Notes: generated from the letters alone by a model not told the origin. A stretch of 63,216 bases of DNA, filler included, from Octopus bimaculoides (GCF_001194135.2; 6 parts of 5 records of this genome joined end to end with filler, not necessarily neighbours in it); one strand, 5' to 3'; shown: positions 1 to 13,169, numbered from the whole stretch's first letter. Program-made: numbers and translations.

Positions 1-85
<85 letters not shown>

Positions 86-100
86 TACATATATACGAAT
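1..100. repeat. (AT)n(AGAT)n microsatellite, representative of dozens of di-, tri- and tetranucleotide arrays across the window
   Basis: Direct reading. Other large arrays: (TG)n 1730-2050, (ATT)n 22893-23010, (GAAA)n 29040-29310, (ATT)(ACT)(ATC) 29660-29815, (CAT)n 30068-30180, (GA)n 56380-56930. Confidence 0.95.
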
Positions 101-1452
101 ACAATTACGTCATGTGTAAACAAACATAAGTTTTTGGGGGTTTTTTTTGAAGCGTTAAGATCTTTTGTAGAACAAGTAGAAAGATTTTTTTTCCAACATG
201 CAAATACTGAACAGCGGAAATGTTTCTGCTCTTATCCTTTATATATACATACATACATACATACATACATACATACATACATGCATACATACATATATTC
301 TCTAAGCATAGTAAAAGTTTATTTTAGAGGTCACCGCTCTCACAGATTTACATTAATTATGCAACTTAAAATCAGAGAACAGAAAAGACCTATAAAGATA
401 TAAAAAGTCTTAAATATAATATAAATGTTTCTCCGGGCGCAGTGTTTGGAGATGAATGCATCTAGGTTGAGGGTGTTGTTATTATAATAATATACAAAGA
501 AGGGATAAAACTCTAAATGTTATATATCTGAGCTGTCTCTATACAAAACAAAATATAAGAATTTATACACCGTTGAGGCTAATTAAAAAGTAATAGTTCA
601 ACAAATCTATCCGGATTCGAATGAAAACACGGAAACATCTCCAGCGCCATTGTGAACACTGAATCATTTGTGTAATGTAGAAAATATATCGCCGTGGTCA
701 AAATGATGTTAGTATCGAGGTGAAAAAAAAATCACTCACGGTTGGAGCACCGAACCATGCAGCCCTTACAATAATCGAACACACAAGACGCAGCTGTTTC
801 TCTCGGTTGACCCAAATTTATTCAAAACCGAAGTCGAAACAAATGAGAAAAGCAAATTACCCAGTAGTACTCCAGCAATTCTTAAAGCAACGCTTGTAAC
901 AAATACCAGACAATTCAGCGACACATAAATATGTTTCGGAAAACAACTTCTAATTTTAGTGGGGTATGGTGAGACAAATATCATTTAAATAATACTCTAT
1001 TTGTTTCACCAGGTAACGTTATTAACCATTAGCTATTGCCGTCAAACATCGGCATGCAAAAGCCATCTTGAAAGAGAATCAGGTGACGGGTGAGAGAGCT
1101 AGCCATTGAAACTATCTGAAAAGGAATGATAGAACCTGGCTGGTAAGGTGATGATCCTAAAATGAGTTTTCGGTCGAATAATAGTCAGTCGAACCAGTAG
1201 GTGGAGCCTTACATCAGTTAGGCGCGTGGGGGAGTGCGCTATAAAATCGTCGAGGTGGAAGCCCGGAAACAGTATACATTCTCTCCTGATGACCCTTGAA
1301 ACTTATTGGCATCCGGCATGCAGAGGTAACGACTGACTGCACTTGCGCAAGCTAACTATGTCCAAGTCTCTAAGTTAAATACAAACGCACGGGTGCACAC
1401 ATTGTACGCACACACTTATATGCATAGACAGACATACGAGTGCACACACACA

Positions 1453-1496
<44 letters not shown>

Positions 1497-2016
1497 CACA
1501 TATATATACACATCTACACTGCAATTGTTTATATATATACACATACACATACATACATACGTACATATATNNNNNNNNNNNNNNNNNNNNNNNNNNNNNN
1601 NNNNNNNNNNNNNNNNNNNNNNNNNNNNNNNNNNNNNNNNNNNNNNNNNNNNNNNNNNNNNNNNNNNNNNNNNNNNNNNNNNNNNNNNNNNNNNNNNNNN
1701 NNNNNNNNCAACAAAGTGAGGACGTGATACGGATAGTGTTATTGTGTGTATGTGTATGTTTTTGTGCGTGCGTGTATGTTTGTGTGTATGTGTATATTGT
1801 GTATATGTGCGTTGCTGTGTACGTGTGTGTGCGTGCGTTTGCTATTGTATGTGCGTGTGTTGTTTATGCCCATGTGTGTGTGATTGTATGCGTGTCTGTG
1901 TGAGTGTGTAGTGTTGGTGAGAAGTGTGTGTGCGTGTGTGCGTGTATGTGAGTGTGTGCGTGTGTGTGTATGTGTGTGGATGTGCGTGTATGTGTGGGAT
2001 TGTGAGTGTTAGGTAC

Positions 2017-2051
<35 letters not shown>

Positions 2052-3380
2052 CGCGCGTGTGTTTATGTGTGTCTGTATATATACATACATTTAGATGTAT
2101 GCATGCGTGTATGCCTATATGTATGTATATATATAGAGAGAGACACACACACATACGTACATATATATGGGTTTGTGTGTGTATGTGTATGTGTATGTAT
2201 ATTTATGTGTATGTGAACTTAACTATGATCAATACGTCCACCCACCTCACCCCGTAAACAACAATTATCAGGTTACGCCCTCACAAGGTTTTCAATGTTT
2301 GGGCGTGGGTGTCTGTATGAGAAGGTGCAAGTGTGGAGGGTTCGTATATATGTATATATGTATGTATGTATGTATGTATGTACGTACGTATGTATATGTA
2401 TGTACATACATTAACGCATATAACTTGAGTGCATAACTTGATCTTATAAAGTGCAAAAGATCAATGTTTCACTCATAGACTACATCTTGTCGACCTGAAA
2501 ATGTTGATCAATATATTTCTCGTACAACTCCAACTATATTTCTGAATGCTAGGTGCCACATTTAGTCAACCTACCATCTACTGCATAAAATAACCTATTA
2601 CTTTTCATGGAATTCTTTTTATTTCAATCTATGACTATTTATTTCTTATGCAGTAAAAGGCACAAATTGCTATTTATGCACATTGAAATATCTGTATTTT
2701 GGTCTATTTTATTTTATCTTTCTTTCCTAAATTGCGACAATTTGCAATCATTGTTGCATTCGGTACACATTTTTTTTCTCTTTCATTTCCTATATCCGTT
2801 GACCACACAAATTTGCTTCCCGGCTGAGTAATAATGAAGTACACACAACAAAATCAATAGTTTTTATATTCTCTAAAAAGTAATCGGTTGACAGTCAATA
2901 TTCCTCCTTATAATGGCAATAGTAGGATAGTTTCTTCGTGACACACAAAAAATATCATTATTTGATGTTGTTTATTTTTTTTTTTTCTCGATAAATATTA
3001 TCAAATCAATTCCGATAAGCACACGGTATTAAAGAGGCTGTACCGATTATTTTTCATTTTTTTTTGTCGCTTTGAACGATATATATNNNNNNNNNNNNNN
3101 NNNNNNNNNNNNNNNNNNNNNNNNNNNNNNNNNNNNNNNNNNNNNNNNNNNNNNNNNNNNNNNNNNNNNNNNNNNNNNNNNNNNNNNNNNNNNNNNNNNN
3201 NNNNNNNNNNNNNNNNNNNNNNNNNNNNNNNNNNNNNNNNNNNNNNNNNNNNNNNNNNNNNNNNNNNNNNNNNNNNNNNNNNNNNNNNNNNNNNNNNNNN
3301 NNNNNNNNNNNNNNNNNNNNNNNNNNNNNNNNNNNNNNNNNNNNNNNNNNNNNNNNNNNNNNNNNNNNNNNNNNNNNNNN

Positions 3381-3439
<59 letters not shown>

Positions 3440-4020
3440 AACAAACAAATAAACAAACGCGTGCGCAATCTCCGTTTTCCTGATCTTCTGAGGATACGAA
3501 GTAATTTAAAATAGGTTGCCACTTTAAGTATGTTTGCTAGTCAGGAAAAAATTTCACAGTAAATTGCAACTTAGCTGCAGCGAGGATTCTCCATTGAAGA
3601 GTGACAAACATTGACAAGAGAGTATAATGTTATCTCAACTAGGACGGGAGTTAACTTCATGAGTTTCAACTGAAAATACCATGTGAAAGTCTATGTATTT
3701 CATATGAAACCCAATTTTACCATATTAACATGAATATCTAAGTACTCCAAGTAGTTACTACAAATATATGAACTGAATATTCAGATATGTAAACTAGCAC
3801 ACTGAAAAAATAAATTTGATGCCCTAGCATCAGGATGACTTCTGCATTTTAGAAGACTATTTCTTTAAATTTTAATAAATATCGTGTGTGGTATAAAAAA
3901 AAGAAGTGCAAAACAAATCCTTTCTCGGTGGGAGGGGATATTAGCAATATACAATGAACATAATTGTGTTTCTCCGATGCTAAACAAATAATACACAACC
4001 ACCGTACACTTTGCCAGAGT

Positions 4021-4142
4021 CTACCTCATCCACTCCTTGATATTATCGATTTCTTCTTCGCCCACGAGCTCGATTTCTGTCTGCACCGTCGTCGAAGATG
4101 CGAGCATAGAGGTTCTGGGCCTTGATGAAGAAATATATAATT
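4021..4142 (-). CDS. Candidate terminal exon (ELYISSSRPR...EEEIDNIKEWMR* in phase 1, or IIYFFIKAQNLYARIFDD...RNR* in phase 2)
   Basis: GC-balanced island in AT-rich DNA starting exactly at the acceptor GGTTTTACAG|. Two frames give plausible peptides, so the frame is undecided. Confidence 0.35.
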
Positions 4143-5815
4143 CTGTAAAACCACCAACCTAGACTGGTATTTTATTTATCAACTCCGAAACGTTGAAAGA
4201 CAAAGTTGAACTCAGTGAGATTTGAACACAGAATCACAGACGACAGGCAGAGAACTGGAATAAATACCATTAAGTATTCCTTCCGACACTCAAGCGATTC
4301 TGTCATTTCGCCACCTTATGCGATATTTTGATAAAGTATGATTTCTGATTTTGGCACAAGGCCAGCAATTTTAAAGGGGTGATGCTATCGTCGACCTTAG
4401 TATTTCACTGGTACTTCATTTTATCGAGCCTAAAAATATTTTTTCCGCTTCTTTAACGATTCTGCCAGTCGGCCGCCTATATCCTGATGACAGCAGTTAA
4501 TACAGTGTATATATATACGTAATATCCAACACTTTGTTTATAATCGTTTATCTGTGAAAACAACTGGTTGTTTTGCATATTAAAATGCATTAACTTCTGA
4601 CATTTTTCAAGATTAAGTTGTATCAGTTTGTGCATTTATTTTCTGCCATATACGTGTGTATCTTGTAAACATAACTATATAGTATGTTAATGAGAATTTT
4701 ACACCAGAATTGGTGTAGTTAGGGAAAAGAGTTAAGAAGAGTGAGGACAAAGGCAGGAAGACAAATAGAAAGAGATGGGGGGAGGAAGTGTCAAAGAAAT
4801 GAGTTTATGAAATGGTTTCTACTGAGAAAGTAGGGTATCTTCTAAAAACATATCTTTAAAGCTGTATGAAATATATTTTCCCAGGACAGATAACATTTAC
4901 TGCTTCGTTTTATCTTAAAAGGCAATGTGAACCACTGAACATTTTTTTTCAACTGCCACGACTTACAAAAGTTAAAATGTTTACAAAGAATCTAGCAAAA
5001 GAACTAATAATCCATGTAAACAGTAAAATTGTTGGGACACATCCGTCACATCGTTTTTATTCTAAATGAATTTTTATACAATAACATCCCACACAAGACT
5101 GCTGGTCATTTTCATAAGTTTTTAACAATTCCAGTGAGTTAGCACACTAGTTTGGTATAGTATTTTAAAAGCACCAGAATGTTTCTTTATTAAAATTCCC
5201 TCCATTATATCAAATAATAACAAACCAGAAATTGACAAAATTTCTCGAAAAATTACATTCGTTTTCTACATTCATATAAATGACATTGTAACATAGCAAT
5301 TTATCTAGCATTCAATAAACAAATTATTCTTTTCGTTGACGGACACAACGCAAACAAATTTATTTTCCAATGAAAATGAAAGTATAAAGAAAAAAAGCTA
5401 AACGGAAGAAAAGAAAACGAAAAAACTATCAAAATACTGTTCAATCCTAGTCACTGAAGTTGACACAAGACAGGCGGACGATGGAAACTGACTCCAAAGC
5501 AAGAGAGAACGTTAGCAGCATATCATCTGCTGCTATCGACCCGAAAAGAAAAGCAATATTCATGATGGAATAAGCTCTCACGCTGATGCCTACCTGATGG
5601 AATTTCGTTACTATAGAAACATTTATACTAAAGATCAACATGAAATGAACCGTATCTAGAAGTTCTTCATTCTATTATTACCGAAAGGGGGAAAAAATCA
5701 GCAGCTGAGACATGCTGTTCACAGGCAACTGTGATACTGTTGAAGTTATTACGGGTTATATAATTACTAGGACCCAGTGATAGGACTTCTTTTTACTGGA
5801 AATTGACTGCCGGAT

Positions 5816-5870
<55 letters not shown>

Positions 5871-6265
5871 CATACATACATACATACATCATACATACAT
5901 GCATACATACATATGTACGTACAGAAATATCCCCACAGATAGATATATACACATGTACATACACGCAGATACATAGACATATAAATATGTATATATATCT
6001 ACACACACGTATATATATACAATTACTTATGAATACATATATATATACATATATATATACATATACATATATATATATAGATATATATATATATACATAT
6101 ATATGCAGGAGTCGCTGTGTGGGAAGTAGCTTGCTTACCAACCACATGGTTCCGGGTTCAGTCCCACTGCGTGGCATCTTGGGCAAGTGTCTTCTACTAT
6201 AGCCTCGGGCCGACCAAAGCCATGTGAGTGGATTTGGTAGACGGAAACTGAAAGAAGCCCGTCGT

Positions 6266-6440
6266 TTCGAAACGCCGGAGTTTTAATGGTGGCAGCTGAT
6301 GAAGGGGATGTTTCTATGTGGCCTGCTTGTTTGTTGCACCTTGTTTACCATTTTGTCCTTGTTCTTTTGCCACGTCATGTACCCAGTTATGTATCTATAT
6401 GTACATGTAGATGAACGTATATACATACATGTACATATAT
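6266..6440 (+). mobile_element. 5'-truncated copy of the permuted-hammerhead repeat, abutting a SINE
   Basis: TTCGAAACGCCGGAGTTTTAATGGTGGCAGCTGATGAAGG plus downstream tract matches the 52.8 kb and 54.4 kb copies; the 5' half is replaced by a SINE end (...GAAGCCCGTCGT). Confidence 0.6.
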
Positions 6441-7192
6441 ATGCAGGAGTCGCTGTNNNNNNNNNNNNNNNNNNNNNNNNNNNNNNNNNNNNNNNNNNNN
6501 NNNNNNNNNNNNNNNNNNNNNNNNNNNNNNNNNNNNNNNNNNNNNNNNNNNNNNNNNNNNNNNNNNNNNNNNNNNNNNNNNNNNNNNNNNNNNNNNNNNN
6601 NNNNNNNNNNNNNNNNNNNNNNNNNNNNNNNNNNNNNNNNNNNNNNNNNNNNNNNNNNNNNNNNNNNNNNNNNNNNNNNNNNNNNNNNNNNNNNNNNNNN
6701 NNNNNNNNNNNNNNNNNNNNNNNNNNNNNNNNNNNNNNNNNNNNNNNNNNNNNNNNNNNNNNNNNNNNNNNNNNNNNNNNNNNNNNNNNNNNNNNNNNNN
6801 NNNNNNNNNNNNNNNNNNNNNNNNNNNNNNNNNNNNNNNNNNNNNNNNNNNNNNNNNNNNNNNNNNNNNNNNNNNNNNNNNNNNNNNNNNNNNNNNNNNN
6901 NNNNNNNNNNNNNNNNNNNNNNNNNNNNNNNNNNNNNNNNNNNNNNNNNNNNNNNNNNNNNNNNNNNNNNTATATGTTATATCCGTGTCTTAACTCATAC
7001 TTAACTGTATGCAATGATAAAAAGTATTTTGGACATGCACATGCATAGATATCTATATACAGAAGTGTCGGTACGCGTATGTGTATGCGACTATGTATAT
7101 ATGTATGCATGTATGAATGTATATACGTTTCTATATGTACATACGTGTATATATATATATATAGAAAAAATTAAGGTACTCAGAAATCTGGA

Positions 7193-7382
7193 TGTTTGTA
7201 CATTTACAGACTTTTATTAATGTCACATGTTTTATAAATTAAATAAACCGCTTTTCACCTAATCGTGTAGGATTATCTTTTTGTTTGAAAACAATTTGAA
7301 AATCCTACACGATTAGGTGAAAAGCGCTTTATTTAATTTATAAAACATGTGACATTAATAAAAGTCTGTAAATGTACAAACA
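7193..7382. repeat. 82-bp inverted repeat with 26-nt spacer, truncated by a gap (MITE-like)
   Basis: 7193-7274 versus 7301-7382, one mismatch; TTAAGG lies just upstream at 7171. Confidence 0.7.
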
Positions 7383-8314
7383 NNNNNNNNNNNNNNNNNN
7401 NNNNNNNNNNNNNNNNNNNNNNNNNNTTAATTAATTAANNNNNNNNNNNNNNNNNNNNNNNNNNNNNNNNNNNNNNNNNNNNAACTCATCAACGCAAATG
7501 AAATTTATTTTCAAATGGTTGATGATATAGGGATGTTTAATATTTACATATGATCTACATCCATTCAATTGTCTGAAAAATAAAATTACTTAAACAAAAT
7601 ATCTATATCAATTTTGTTCAAATTTTTGATTATGATCCGTAAAGATTCTTAGTGGTGGAATGTTCCAAGAATTTCTTCTTTTTTTTTTTTTGCTTTTTTT
7701 TTGCTATTACAAATAAATCTGATTAGATTTTATTAAAGATAGGCATTCAAACATTTTTCTTTCATTTTTTTTTTTATATCAAACACTCGTTCCCTATCCC
7801 TTCCTATCCACACACACATTTTTATCACTAATATAAATGCATATGTATGTATACATATACTGCATAAATGCATCCACACACATACAGATATAAGCACATA
7901 AAAATAAGACGCCTATTTTTAGTGTTTCAGTCTCAAATGATAATCTAAAATCTGTATTATACATTCATACAAGCTACTTATATAATTTGCATTATCTTGC
8001 CTTCATGTTGTATGATTGAACTGGTCATTCGCCAACTTAGTTGTTAGATATCTTACTTCACCCACCATTTTATACTGAAAAATGGTTGAAAAAATTGTTT
8101 GAAATATGTAGCTTTTTTGGTAGAAAAAAAGTTTCCTTGAAATACATTAAACACCAAAGGTTTGTTGTAAAGTTAGTACCAATCCGGGAACGAGCCATTG
8201 TATCGTTGTAGCAAGCGTTTCAAAGATCCACGATGAATTTCTGAAAAATAAACACGTTATTATTTGGCATGTTCGGTATTTTTCGGGAATACAAAGTAAT
8301 GATCAATTGTTTAC

Positions 8315-8554
8315 CAAAGGATATGCACGATATTTGGACTTTTGGAAGTGTATATAGTTAACATGATAGATTAAATAGTCGACTAAGAACTCGGCAGTTT
8401 GTATCTTGCCAACAGCAAAACATGCCCGAAAACAGGATACATTAAAGTTAGCGGGCAAGCAATGAGTTATACCACAGGTTGTAAATAGGTGCCACTGGAT
8501 GGTACAGCACACTATAGTAAACAGGTACCACGGGATAATATAGATCTTTGATGT
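8315..8554 (-). CDS. Candidate internal exon, 80 codons (TSKIYIIPWYLFTIVCC...KYRAYPL)
   Basis: Acceptor CTACCTTGACAG|, donor TTG|GTAAAC, exactly 240 nt open in phase 0-0. A 74-nt intron-like segment follows, ending in TTATTTTTCAG| at 8241. No homology recognised. Confidence 0.3.
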
Positions 8555-10384
8555 CTGTCAAGGTAGTATAGTTTAGTGTTGTAGGTGGCGTAACACTGCC
8601 TTAAAATTGACGAGTGATTCGCTGACTTGTAGAATAGATTTCATTTCTTCCAAACATACAAATTATGTATGATAGACGAATATTTTATCCGAGGCGAGAG
8701 GTATTTCTAATCTTCTCTAACAGGAAATAAAGATCAACCGTTGAAATTTGGAAATGAGTATGTAGGCGCTACTCTAATGAAGATTATAATAAAGATGTAT
8801 TTGTAGCAGTTAAATACGTGTACGTCCCTGGTAAACCAAGACAACTGAGTACTTACATCGCTAGTAACCACGCGAGAGCCATGATTATCCAAACTTCTAA
8901 TTTTCTGACATCCTACTCCAACATAAATAGCAATATTTGTTTCACTTCAAGTTTTAACAGATTTAGACCCATGTCAACCTTAACCTAACAGACCAGAGAT
9001 CAACAATGTCCCAGTTGTGACCATTTGTCTTTTTTTCTCTTTTTTTTTTTCAACCAGTGTATCTAAAACTACCTTATCTAAGGAGTCCTTCCTCCTTTTG
9101 AAGATAGTAGGGTGTGTTTTAAGGGAGATCTGATTGCTATTTGTAGGAAATTGAGTGGTTGGGTCGAGGCTCTGTTACAGCCTACTTATTTTGTTATTTG
9201 TGTGAGTACAGATAGCCAAGAGTGTACAGATGACCAAGAGCCGATCTAGGCGCATCGTTAACGAATATCTTATGTCTAATTGGCTGTTTCGTGGTTTTAA
9301 GTTCAAATCATAGATCAGGATTGACTTTAATTTTATCTCTTGAAAACAAAGAGCAATGACTCCAGACTCTCTTTACCGAACAAAGAGAGCCTCTACGTAA
9401 TCACTAGACTCGCTAGAAACAGCAGCCGAATTTTTCCCAAATAAAAACCATACTGTTTACACCTACTTCTAAAAAAATAGGGGGGCAAGAAGGTCTTTGA
9501 TGATGGTTCTGCTTAATCAGAGCTGATCTGGAGCTAAATAATAAAAGTAGACAAAATTTTCCTTTCGATGTAGACAAGAAGCTCACGTTGCAACCACATG
9601 GTTTCGAGTCAGTCGCACTGAGCCCAATCTGGAGCAAATGTCTTCTACTATAGCCCCCGAGTTCTAATAATGCTTTGTGAGTTTGTAGACAGAAACTACG
9701 TGGAAGCCCGTCGTGTATGTGTGTGTGTGCGTGTGTGTGACCTACACTCTGAAAGACAACCGGTGTTGGTTTGTTTACGTCCTTAGCGATTCAGCACAAA
9801 AGACCGACTTAAAAAGCACTGAGATCGATTTACTTGACTAAGCCCTTCAAGGCGGTGCCCCAGCATGGCCGCAGTCTTATAACTGAAACAGATATAATAT
9901 AAAAGAGCCATCACACGAGGCCTAATGAAACTGGACACCACTGACATAGTGATCTATTAGTTGCGCAAAACAGTCATTGTGTAACGATCAGGTTGTTCGG
10001 CCAGGTTATTGCGCAACACTGGGGTTAGTTAGCCGTCAATTAATTCAACGTTGTGAAACGAAGGGAAAGATTTTTCATTTAGTCTTCACTAGAAATGTTA
10101 TTTGTATCCAGGCATAAATTATTATTTTGCTGTGAGCGGGATATGCTGAAGCGTACCTCAGTTTCCTCAGTGATGAGGGAGAGATAATTTCGATGTTTAT
10201 GGGGGAAAAAAACTGTCAATCGTTGTTTGTTTGTTTTTTTTGTATATATACAAATATATCCTTGTATTTTGTATATGGTAGATATCTANNNNNNNNNNNN
10301 NNNNNNNNNNNNNNNNNNNNNNNNNNNNNNNNNNNNNNNNNNNNNNNNNNNNNNNNNNNNNNNNNNNNNNNNNNNNNNNNNNNN

Positions 10385-10441
<57 letters not shown>

Positions 10442-10710
10442 ATCCTTTTTATTTTTGTTCGTTGTTAAGCCATCATGTTTATGTGTGTTTTGTTTTTCTT
10501 TTTTTACTTTCTTATTTGTGGCGTAGCATGGAACATGTGTATCATAAAAGCAGCCACTTTATACACATGTTTTGTTGTAATCGGCGTTACGTCTAAAGAA
10601 GGGGACAGTCAATTTGGGCCGCCCTGTGCGGCCCAAAGCTCATGCTTTACCAATTACGAAGCGGCAATTTCACTGTCTCTAGGAATTGAATTTACGAACT
10701 TCCCTGCTAC

Positions 10711-10769
10711 CTCAAGAAAAATGGATAAACAAGAAAGGTAATGCTCGACTAATACTCTGAAAGGTAAGT
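10711..10769 (-). CDS. Candidate third exon (D)LPFRVLVEHYLSCLSIFLE; may instead run to the stop at 10654 (...IPRDSEIAAS*)
   Basis: Phase-1 acceptor GCTTCTGCTCAG|AC lies inside a 99-codon open frame of unique sequence; moderate donor GAG|GTAGCA. Other phase-1 acceptors nearby are also possible. Confidence 0.3.
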
Positions 10770-11147
10770 CTGAGCAGAAGCATAACATTACCGATCGCCT
10801 CCTTAGAATCAGTATAACTGCGGCCCGTCTGAGAAATGAGATGAGGTGCTTGCTGCAGTAACTGTCACTGGACATTCTCTGCAGCAACGCCATCGTAGTC
10901 ATGTCCGCAGGGCGCAGCTGAACAAACCATTTGTTCTGCTGCTTATCCACACTTTTTTTTTAAATCTTTGTTTCTTTGTAATTAAATTGTTATTCAAATC
11001 TTATGTAAATTAATGATAAAAAAAAAAAGAATAAGGGAGTGAACTGAGTTGTGCCTGTGTTTAAATAACTGGCCAAGGTGGCAAGAAATACACAGTCCTG
11101 CCACATCTTGTTATACGATCACACAATGAGAAAGAAGAACAACTCAC

Positions 11148-11424
11148 CTGATAGAATAATAACTCCAAATGCCGCTCCAGTCACCATGCATATGACGATA
11201 CCCCAGAACATAAGCTTTCCGGGATCGAGTTTCACCAGCGATTTTTTACCAGCGAAAGCATTGGTGTACATATTTCCGCGTCCGTAAGGATGGATATCTT
11301 TTTCAACAGTTGAAGCTTCGGTGAGAACTTTACTGACCAAGTTCGTCATACTAAGAGCCAAGCCCTGGGGTGGAGTGGTTCCCAAAACCTCTTTTGGGTT
11401 GATGAATAGCTTCTTTTTCATACG
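11148..11424 (-). CDS. Next coding exon (RMKKKLFINP...KLMFWGIVICMVTGAAFGVIILS), ending in a transmembrane helix
   Basis: Acceptor CCTATTTGTTTCAG|CGT in phase 0, matching the previous donor. Donor TCAG|GTGAGT in phase 1. 277 nt open, with a hydrophobic stretch of about 22 aa at the end. Confidence 0.8.
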
Positions 11425-11560
11425 CTGAAACAAATAGGAAAGAAACGTTTGTGAAATATTTGACTGGATATCATATATAGCTTGGGATAAAAGGCCGCGC
11501 AAGACAGCCATCACCACTGTCACCACCACCACCACCACCACCAAATCCGCCGCCGCCACC

Positions 11561-11592
<32 letters not shown>

Positions 11593-12098
11593 CAACAACA
11601 ACAACGACGACAACGACGATGATGACACCAACGAAAAGACTTATACGCGATTGAACATCCTGCTAGAAATACCAGCTAGATTTCCATTGCAATCCTTCTC
11701 TGCCATTTTAAAACAGAAAAAGATACATTGAGTCCTAAGTATACTATGTCTGGAACCGCCCATCATTCTCAATTAATATACAAAACGGTCAAGCTCGTTT
11801 GCAATGTTTTCTTATTTTGACACGAAAAAACTATTCTGTAGTTTTTACCCATGAATATCTAACCGCAACTGAAAAAAAAAAACAGGGGATGGATCTGGTG
11901 GGAGATTTACAGATATTAATGTTATGAAGAGACCATCAAAACCAAAGATAGATAGTCAGAGAGATTTCTTTCTGTGTTGTGGAACACAGTGTTTCACTGG
12001 CATTGAAAGAATTAGTGCTTATCTATAATTAGCAGCAACAGAAGAAACAATAACAGTAGAAGCATCTTTCCTGGTAAACGGTAACAATTAGTGCTTAC

Positions 12099-13169
12099 CT
12101 GTAATTCGTCAAAGCAATCTTTTTCTTTAGCATTACATTTCCATTGCCTGATAAGGTCGCTAAGTAAACTAATTTTCTTGACGGTTCTTGCCACCATCCG
12201 ATGAACCACACTGCTACTTGACGACGTTCCTGCCGTTTCATCTTTAACATCAGTATTTGTATCAATTTCTTCAATGCTTTGTCCATCTTCATCGTAGGAA
12301 CAAGATGGTGAATGTCTCGTTTCAATAACATCTATCGCAGATATATCAACTCTATTTCCAACAACCGATTCCATTAAGTTTCTTTGTATGTCAAATAACG
12401 GTTCTGTTGTTTTCGCTGTGTCTGTGTATGCACTCTCAACAAAGCTAACCGTTTTGTTTTTCTCATCAGAAGATATTTCATCCTCCGTGTTTACACATTG
12501 ATAGTAACATTGCTCTCCTGAACTGTTACATTCGAAATCACTAGGTTTCGGATGTATTTCAACCTGAGAGTATAATGTATTGTATGGTAATATGATCCCG
12601 TTGTCTTCTGACATGTCTCCTTCAACAGTATTGTTATTTTGGTAATGCACGTCCATGTTTTCCGTTGACTCGTTCGGGTTTGATTGAACTTCCGGCATAT
12701 TTGGAATGTTAAATTGTACTCTGACATTATTTGATGTTCCTATTGGGTCACCAGGCTCCATTTCGAAACCTTGATTATTATATGAAGATCTGTTAGTGTA
12801 ATGAGGATTAAAATCTACCTCAGTATACCATATTTCTTGTCCAACAGGACCACCGTATGAGTGGTTTTCTCCTGGCTCAACTGGATACATGTTCGGCATC
12901 CTGTCTACACAAATCTGATCCATGTCATACTTATTCTGAGCTGTGTTGTGCTCCATGGCCAAATTCCTATTGTCCATCATTTCTAACTCTTGGAACGACA
13001 AATTGCATGCTTTCTCTGCATTTTTCATAGAAAAACTTGGTAAACACGGCTCATTCCCATTGTATCTTACAGATGATGAAGATTCGTACGAATCACGAAC
13101 TTTCTTATTCTTTGAATATCTGCCATTCTCAGCTGAATTCTGCTTCTGCTTATGGCCAGCCTGCCCCAT
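12099..13169 (-). CDS. Large coding exon (357 aa, MGQAGHKQ...DCFDELQ) of an uncharacterised membrane protein; acidic, Asn/Ser-rich, probably disordered
   Basis: Stop-free frame of more than 1 kb in unique sequence. First in-frame ATG at 13169; strong donor CAG|GTAAGC at 12099 (phase 0). An acceptor-like TATTTCCCTTGCTTAG lies 4 nt before the ATG (exon start 13173), so the true N-terminus could extend via an upstream exon. Confidence 0.8.

Noticed and set aside
713-984. Overlapping open frames on both strands with a minus-strand GTGAGT donor at 739
   Set aside because: The only long minus frame stops before the donor and the plus frame has no start or splice support; the 5447-5641 ORF is similarly unsupported.
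7383-7483. TTAATTAATTAA flanked by N runs (also near 16014, 26194, 44947 and 54093)
   Set aside because: An identical six-frame-stop 12-mer centred in equal N blocks is an assembly spacer, not biology.
10614-10638. 10-bp hairpin TTTGGGCCGC/GCGGCCCAAA (and a 9-bp hairpin near 42133)
   Set aside because: Stems of this length are expected about once per window by chance; no Helitron CTRR end or other context.
12099-12125. CFDELQ matches the CNGA channel motif ARACFDELQ; IHPY resembles HCN
   Set aside because: The flanking residues are hydrophilic and the transmembrane spacing does not fit; treated as coincidence.
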